DNA of 59,156 nucleotides from Minisyncoccota bacterium (GTDB lineage Bacteria; Patescibacteriota; Minisyncoccia; Phycocordibacterales; UBA9973): NCBI GenBank assembly GCA_041648595.1, contig JBAZOQ010000004.1, positions 1 to 59,156 of the forward strand, read 5' to 3'. Shown piece by piece: positions 53,948 to 59,156 of this stretch (position 1 is its first letter; each line of letters starts with the position of its first letter). The notes under the pieces were generated by a model. It saw only the letters and a program-made list of their open reading frames with translations, ran no database searches and was not told where the DNA came from. The position numbers and the translations under genes were made by a program.

Positions 53948-55555
53948 ATGACTCAAGATGAAGCGCTTCGGATAATGAAAACCGGGGTGAATGTTTTTTT
54001 AACTGGAGAACCAGGAGCTGGAAAAACATACACAATAAATAAATATGTTGATTATTTACGTCTACATGAAATAAATCATGCTATTACTGCGAGCACAGGG
54101 ATAGCTGCTACGCATATTGGTGGTATGACCATACACTCTTGGAGTGGTATTGGTATTAAAGAAACTCTAAATAAATATGATTTGGATAGAATTGCATCAA
54201 GTGAATATATTTGTCGTCGTGTAAATAAAACAAAAGTTTTAATAATTGATGAGATATCTATGTTGCGAGCAGAGACTCTTTCTATGATAGATGCAGTTTG
54301 TCGAGAAATAAAACAAAATAGTGAACCTTTTGGTGGAATACAAGTGATATTAGTTGGAGATTTTTTTCAGCTTCCACCAATTGAAAAGAAAAACACTGAA
54401 CAAAAACAAACAAGTTTTATAGAAGAAAAACAAGCACGTTTTGCTTATGAAGCTAATGTTTGGATGCATTTATCTCTAATGGTGTGTTATATTAGCGAAC
54501 AACATCGTCAGGATGACAATGATTTTCTTGATTTATTATTGGCTATTCGGCATAACAATTTTAATGAGGAGCATCAAGATAAAATAAAATCACGCTATGT
54601 GGAGAAAGGAAATTTTCCAGATAACATTACGAAACTTTTTTCACATAATTTAGATGTAGATAAAGTGAATAGTGAAAAGCTTTCAAGAATAGAGGCAGAA
54701 AGTTTAAAATTTGATATGAAATCAACTGGCTCATTGCCACTTGTTATGGCACTTAAAAAAGGATGTCTTTCTCCAGAAATTTTGATTTTAAAAAAAGGAG
54801 CAGTAGTGATGTGTACAAAAAATAACCAAAAGGAACATTTTGTAAATGGCACTCTAGGTACAGTGGTGGATTTTGATCCAGTATCTCGTAACCCAATTAT
54901 TAAAACTAAAAATGGTAGAAATATATTAATTACTCCGATGGATTGGGCAGTTGAAGAGAATGGTAAAATTAAAGCAAAGATTACTCAAATTCCTCTTCGT
55001 CTCGCTTGGGCAATGACGGTACATAAAAGTCAGGGAATGAGTATGGATGCTGCAGTAATGGATTTGTCTTCTGTATTTGAATATGGCCAGGGCTATGTGG
55101 CGCTTTCGCGCGTAAGGAGACTAGATGGGCTCTATCTTTTAGGTTGTAATGAACATGCCCTTAAAGTTCATCCACAAATTTTAAAACAAGATAGTGTTTT
55201 TCAAAAAGAATCAGAAAAAGCACAAGAGACTTTTGAGACGCTTGGTGCAGAGGAGATAAAAAAGATGCACAAAAATTTTGTAATTGCCTTAGGTGGTAAA
55301 TGGAAAGAAGAAAAAGAAAAGAAAATGCCCCACTTGGAGGCCTTGCCTCCAAGTGGGGCAGCAATAGGTCGTTTAGAACAAATCCGTCTTAAACATCAAA
55401 ACGCTTATAAAAAATGGAGTAAAGAAGAGGAAGAAGAATTAGTGGCTTATTTTAAAGGAGGAAAATCAATAAGAAATATTTCAGCATTATCTGGTCGCCA
55501 AGTTGGTGGTATTCGCTCAAGATTAGTTAAATTAGGATTGATAGAAGAAAAATAA
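53948..55555 (+). CDS. PIF1/RecD-like SF1 DNA helicase with a C-terminal HTH tail
   Basis: GEPGAGKT, LIIDEISM, VGDFFQLPPI, TVHKSQG. The C-terminus reads GKSIRNISALSGRQVGGIRSRL. Confidence 0.85.
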   Translation: MTQDEALRIMKTGVNVFLTGEPGAGKTYTINKYVDYLRLHEINHAITASTGIAATHIGGMTIHSWSGIGIKETLNKYDLDRIASSEYICRRVNKTKVLIIDEISMLRAETLSMIDAVCREIKQNSEPFGGIQVILVGDFFQLPPIEKKNTEQKQTSFIEEKQARFAYEANVWMHLSLMVCYISEQHRQDDNDFLDLLLAIRHNNFNEEHQDKIKSRYVEKGNFPDNITKLFSHNLDVDKVNSEKLSRIEAESLKFDMKSTGSLPLVMALKKGCLSPEILILKKGAVVMCTKNNQKEHFVNGTLGTVVDFDPVSRNPIIKTKNGRNILITPMDWAVEENGKIKAKITQIPLRLAWAMTVHKSQGMSMDAAVMDLSSVFEYGQGYVALSRVRRLDGLYLLGCNEHALKVHPQILKQDSVFQKESEKAQETFETLGAEEIKKMHKNFVIALGGKWKEEKEKKMPHLEALPPSGAAIGRLEQIRLKHQNAYKKWSKEEEEELVAYFKGGKSIRNISALSGRQVGGIRSRLVKLGLIEEK

Positions 55556-55556
55556 T

Positions 55557-57731
55557 TTACTCAAAATGAAATTCACCAGCTTTTTCGTGAACTTTTTGTT
55601 TTAAGAGAGGATATTTTGAAAGTTCCGGGTCTTCGGAAATTAGGCGAATGGCTTCAGTACGAGCGGCTTCCACCATTTTTAGATTTTTTATTGCTTCCAT
55701 TCCAAGATCAGAGATACCCCATTGTTTTGTGCCACCAAGTTCACCTGAGCCTCGCAATGATAAATCTAATTCAGCTAATTCAAAACCATTTTTTGCAGTT
55801 TTGAGTGCTTTTAATCTTTGAATTGTTTTATCAGATTTTGCATCCGCAAAAACATAACAATAAGCTTGATGGTTGCTTCTTATTACTCGTCCACGAAGTT
55901 GATGAAGTTGTGCGAGTCCAAATCTTTCTGCGCCTTCGATTATGATAGTGGTTGCATTTTCTACATTTACTCCGACTTCCACTACTGATGTTGCACAAAG
56001 AATATTTATTTCTCCATTTACAAATTTTTTCATTACTTCTTCTTTTTTTTGTTTACTCATTTTCGAATGAAGTACACCAATTTCATATTCTCTATATACT
56101 TCTTTTTTTAACCGTTTTGCTTCAGCGATAGCTGATTTTGCTTGAACAGCCATTTCTTTAGCAGGATCTGGCTCATCTATTCTTGGACAAATAACATAAA
56201 CTTGTCTTCCTTTTTTTAATTCTTCTCGTATTTTTTCATAAGTTTCATCGCGTTTATTTGGTGTAATTATTTCTGTAATTATTTCTTTTCTTCCAGCTGG
56301 CATTTCATTAAGTAATGATAAATCTAAGTCACCATAAATGGTGAGTGCTAGCGTGCGGGGAATAGGTGTCGCTGTCATAGATAGTAAATGTGGGGCTATA
56401 TTATCCTTGCGGACTAGTTTTCTTCTTTGATCTGTGCCAAATCTATGTTGTTCGTCTATTACAACTAATGCTAGATTTTTAAATTTAACAGTTTTTTGAA
56501 TGAGAGCATGTGTACCTATTAAGATAGGTATAATGCCTTCAGCTGTCCATTTTAATAGCTGTGTGCGAGATATGTCGGTCCATCCTTCGGGGTTCACTTT
56601 AGAGGGAAATTTACGACAACCAGAGCCTGTAATAAGTCCAATACTGATCGGTAGATGTTTGAAATATTGTATAAAAGACTCAAAGTGTTGAGTCGCTAAG
56701 ATTTCGGTAGGAGCCATATATGCGACTTGTAAGTTACCAAAATTTTGTCCGTTTGGAGTTTGAATAACAGTGGTATATGCAGCAGTGGCAGCTACAGCCG
56801 TCTTTCCACTTCCGACGTCTCCTTCTAAAAGTCTCGACATTGGGAAGTTTTTTCCCATATCTTCTAATATAGTCTCGATTGATTTTTTTTGAGAATTTGT
56901 TGGTAAAAATGGAAAACGTTTTAGAAAATTATCTTTTTCTTTTTTATTTGTTTTTATTTGAAAAGATTTATTTTTTTTGTATTCAAATTTATCATGTTGA
57001 CGTTCTAATTGAATGCAAAAGACTTCTTCGAATGCGAATCTTTTTCTAGCAGATTCTGCATCACGTATGTTTTTTGGTTTATGAATCCATATTAAAGAAG
57101 TTTTAAGAGTTGGTAAATTATATTTTTTTAAAATATCTTCTGGAATATAATCTTCTATATTATCTAAAGTTTTTTCTCTGAATATTTTTTCTATTGCATG
57201 GTAAAACCATTTGGAGGTTATACCTTTTGTTTCATGATAAATAGGGAAAGATAGACCCTCCCCAAACCCCTCCCTTCGCAAGGCGGGGCTTTTAAATAAG
57301 GAGTCATGAGAGTCTGTTGGCATATTGGGAGTCTTTTCAAATTCTGGATTGGCTAGATATGTGCCATATTTGCTTGCTGTTACTTTTCCTGTAAGTTTTA
57401 CACTATCACCTTCGTGAATCATTTTTGCTAAATATGCTTGATGGAACCAAGTGATTTTTATTTTGCCAGATAAATCCTCTATTTGTGCTTCACCCATGGG
57501 TATTTTAGATCTGAATCCTTTTTTTGTTTTTAAATTTGAAATTTTTCCATAAACTGTTGCTGTTTCTCCAGGAATTAATTCTGATATTTTTTTTACTTCA
57601 CTTGTATCGCTATATCTGACAGGGAAGTGAAAAAGTAAATCGTGAATAGAAAAAAGATTTAGTTTATGTAAAGCCTTTTTTTGATTTTCGTCTAAACGAA
57701 ATTTTATTTCTAATTTGTCAGATAGCTCCAT
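55557..57731 (-). CDS. recG: ATP-dependent DNA helicase RecG
   Basis: Wedge domain plus SF2 motifs (GDVGSGKT, DEQHRFG, TATPIPRT). Confidence 0.95.
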   Translation of the reverse strand: MELSDKLEIKFRLDENQKKALHKLNLFSIHDLLFHFPVRYSDTSEVKKISELIPGETATVYGKISNLKTKKGFRSKIPMGEAQIEDLSGKIKITWFHQAYLAKMIHEGDSVKLTGKVTASKYGTYLANPEFEKTPNMPTDSHDSLFKSPALRREGFGEGLSFPIYHETKGITSKWFYHAIEKIFREKTLDNIEDYIPEDILKKYNLPTLKTSLIWIHKPKNIRDAESARKRFAFEEVFCIQLERQHDKFEYKKNKSFQIKTNKKEKDNFLKRFPFLPTNSQKKSIETILEDMGKNFPMSRLLEGDVGSGKTAVAATAAYTTVIQTPNGQNFGNLQVAYMAPTEILATQHFESFIQYFKHLPISIGLITGSGCRKFPSKVNPEGWTDISRTQLLKWTAEGIIPILIGTHALIQKTVKFKNLALVVIDEQHRFGTDQRRKLVRKDNIAPHLLSMTATPIPRTLALTIYGDLDLSLLNEMPAGRKEIITEIITPNKRDETYEKIREELKKGRQVYVICPRIDEPDPAKEMAVQAKSAIAEAKRLKKEVYREYEIGVLHSKMSKQKKEEVMKKFVNGEINILCATSVVEVGVNVENATTIIIEGAERFGLAQLHQLRGRVIRSNHQAYCYVFADAKSDKTIQRLKALKTAKNGFELAELDLSLRGSGELGGTKQWGISDLGMEAIKNLKMVEAARTEAIRLISEDPELSKYPLLKQKVHEKAGEFHFE

Positions 57732-57732
57732 G

Positions 57733-57819
57733 CGGACAGAGTGGGATTCGAACCCACGGTCCTTTTAAGGGGACGGCAGTTTAGTAAACTGCTTGTTTAA
57801 GCCTCTCACACATCTGTCC
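57733..57819 (-). tRNA. class II tRNA-Ser-like, anticodon loop UUACUAA (anticodon ACU)
   Basis: Acceptor GGACAGA/TCTGTCC, discriminator G, 3-bp D stem TGT/ACA, anticodon arm GCAGT-TTACTAA-ACTGC, long variable arm, T arm GTGGG-TTCGAAT-CCCAC. Confidence 0.75.
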
Positions 57820-57867
57820 TTGATAGATATACTATATATTATTTTTATATTAGTGTATAATAGATAC

Positions 57868-58905
57868 ATGGCTGAGCCGTTAATTACTAATAGGATAAAA
57901 TTTAATAAAAAAGGAGTTCAAGGTAAATTTATATTACATTCTAAGGAGGTTCTAAACTTAACATGGTCTGTATTTGCACAAAAACTAAAGGTAAACCCAA
58001 GAACTCTCGCTGAATGGGCGGGAGAAAAATTTACCATGTCTGAAAAAGCGGCTAAAATGATATCAAAACTGAGTAGGTTAAAGATTCCAAAGGATAATAT
58101 TATTATTAACTGGGATGATCATTTGAAAAAGATAAGTAAGAGTGGAGGACGTGCGGTAATAGCGAAATATGGAAAGGTATCTACAAATGAAGAATATCGT
58201 AAAGAAAGATGGGAAAAGTGGTGGAAAAATATAGGGCAATACAAGGAAAACCCTAAAGGATTTCAGTCTCTCATAAAAATAAAAATCCCCCCAAAAGATA
58301 ATTTACTTGCTGAGTTTGTGGGTATTATGTTAGGAGATGGAGGTGTAAATCAATTTTACACTACTGTTACACTTTCTAGTGTTGAAAAACAATACATAAT
58401 ATTTGTAAGTAAAATCATAAATAAATTATTCAATGTTGTTCCTATGGTATATAAGCACAAAGATGCTAAAGCTGTTCGAATTGTCATTAATAGAAAACAA
58501 ATGGTTAATTTTTGTCAAGAAATTGGATTAGTAAAAGGTAATAAAATTAAACAGCAAATAGATATACCTAACTGGATTAAAGAAAATCAAGATTTTTCTA
58601 AGGCATGTGTTCGAGGGCTTATAGATACTGACGGTTGCTTTTATAATAATTCATATATAGTTAATGGTAAAAAGTATTTTTATTTTAAAGTAGCTTTTAT
58701 CAGTGCATCTAAACCCCTTATATCATCTGTCGCTGAAATTTTAGGAGATTTGGGAATTAAAGTCGTCATAAATAAGCACTATAGAGATATACGTATAGTG
58801 GAGAGTCAATATATTCTTAAATATATACAGGAGGTTGGTTCAAATAATCAAAAACATTTAAAGAAAATTAAAAAATGGAAAAAAGCTAAAAATATGCTAA
58901 AGTAA
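57868..58905 (+). CDS. free-standing double-motif LAGLIDADG homing-endonuclease-like protein
   Basis: FVGIMLGDGGV and VRGLIDTDGCF motifs. ATG 57868 is preferred because the upstream part of the ORF overlaps the tRNA. Confidence 0.75.
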   Translation: MAEPLITNRIKFNKKGVQGKFILHSKEVLNLTWSVFAQKLKVNPRTLAEWAGEKFTMSEKAAKMISKLSRLKIPKDNIIINWDDHLKKISKSGGRAVIAKYGKVSTNEEYRKERWEKWWKNIGQYKENPKGFQSLIKIKIPPKDNLLAEFVGIMLGDGGVNQFYTTVTLSSVEKQYIIFVSKIINKLFNVVPMVYKHKDAKAVRIVINRKQMVNFCQEIGLVKGNKIKQQIDIPNWIKENQDFSKACVRGLIDTDGCFYNNSYIVNGKKYFYFKVAFISASKPLISSVAEILGDLGIKVVINKHYRDIRIVESQYILKYIQEVGSNNQKHLKKIKKWKKAKNMLK

Positions 58906-58916
58906 ATAAGTATAAA

Positions 58917-59005
58917 GGAGCTGTGTCGGAGCGGTCTAACGTACGACTTTGCTAAAGTCGCAGGGGCTTTAAAACCCCTCGGGAGTTCGAATCTCCCCGG
59001 CTCCG
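58917..59005 (+). tRNA. tRNA-Ser, anticodon GCU
   Basis: Acceptor GGAGCTG/CGGCTCC, anticodon arm CGACT-TTGCTAA-AGTCG, long variable arm, T arm GGGAG-TTCGAAT-CTCCC, discriminator G. Confidence 0.88.
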
Positions 59006-59046
59006 CAAATTCTGGGTTAGAGCATTCCCGCCAAAAAATGCGTCGG

Positions 59047-59089
59047 CATGTAAGGTACCCCATTCTTAAGACAACTATTCCCGGCAATT
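59047..59089 (-). repeat. 43-nt tRNA-proximal repeat, copy B (inverted)
   Basis: The reverse complement aattgccgggaatagttgtcttaagaatggggtaccttacatg matches 44738-44780. Confidence 0.6.
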
Positions 59090-59156
59090 ATTTAAACTTT
59101 AACTTAAACAATTTTTCTTAGCAAATTCTCGTGGCGACATCTTTAATGCAGTGTGA

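Noticed and set aside
57733-57819. The odd tRNA-Ser as a nonsense suppressor that could explain the in-frame TAG (7402) and TAA (22044).
   Set aside because: With a standard 7-nt loop the anticodon is ACU, not CUA or UUA. No frame of the loop places U33 before a stop-complementary triplet.
58848-59087. 79-aa minus-strand ORF.
   Set aside because: It is antisense to tRNA-Ser(GCU) and to the 43-nt repeat, so it is not coding.
44738-59089. The inverted 43-nt repeats as the ends of a 14-kb transposon.
   Set aside because: The interval contains core genes (recG, tRNAs) and no transposase. The similarity is only about 80%.
59118-59156. Possible 3' end of a minus-strand CDS at the window edge (...SHCIKDVATRIC*).
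   Set aside because: Only 12 codons are visible, so it cannot be identified or confirmed.

Overview
This is a low-GC bacterial window. It looks like a Candidate Phyla Radiation (Patescibacteria/Parcubacteria-like) genome. That placement is an inference from three things: rpsE runs directly into rplO with no L30 gene, type IV pilin-like genes are present, and most leaders are AT-rich with no Shine-Dalgarno sequence.

Gene content, left to right:
- 1-4.4 kb: a thymidylate/dNTP cluster (HD-domain protein, dCMP deaminase, P-loop kinase, folA, thyA).
- 4.4-8.9 kb: a DEAD-box helicase, rpmB and an M50 protease.
- 9.0-30.5 kb: the str-S10-spc ribosomal super-operon, from rpsL to map.
- 30.6-38.6 kb: a TraD/VirD4-like ATPase, a frameshifted RayT-like Y1 transposase, extra nucleotide kinases and a beta-CASP nuclease.
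- 38.6-44.7 kb: infC-rpmI-rplT, a split phosphohexomutase, smpB plus tmRNA, an orphan receiver protein, ftsH and tRNA-Ile(UAU).
- 44.7-53.7 kb: a more GC-rich type I restriction-modification (R-M) island.
- 53.9-59.1 kb: a PIF1-like helicase, recG, and a LAGLIDADG ORF between two tRNA-Ser genes.

Main points of interest:
1. Three copies of the rpmB 3' end separate self-contained cargo cassettes, which suggests an integration hotspot with no recombinase in view.
2. The ribosomal operon is broken by toxin-antitoxin and pilin insertions that bring their own terminators and promoters.
3. Several families of repeated, structured intercistronic elements sit exactly between ribosomal cistrons.
4. A REPtron-like unit is present (RayT flanked by inverted 23-nt hairpins).
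5. The type I R-M operon carries three extra genes (RhuM, DUF3800, an acidic wHTH protein) and is bracketed by inverted GC boxes.
6. GC-rich palindromic units are inserted in frame inside conserved genes.
7. One tRNA-Ser has an ACU anticodon.
8. Five genes are disrupted by frameshifts or in-frame stops.

No rRNA genes or CRISPR arrays were seen.
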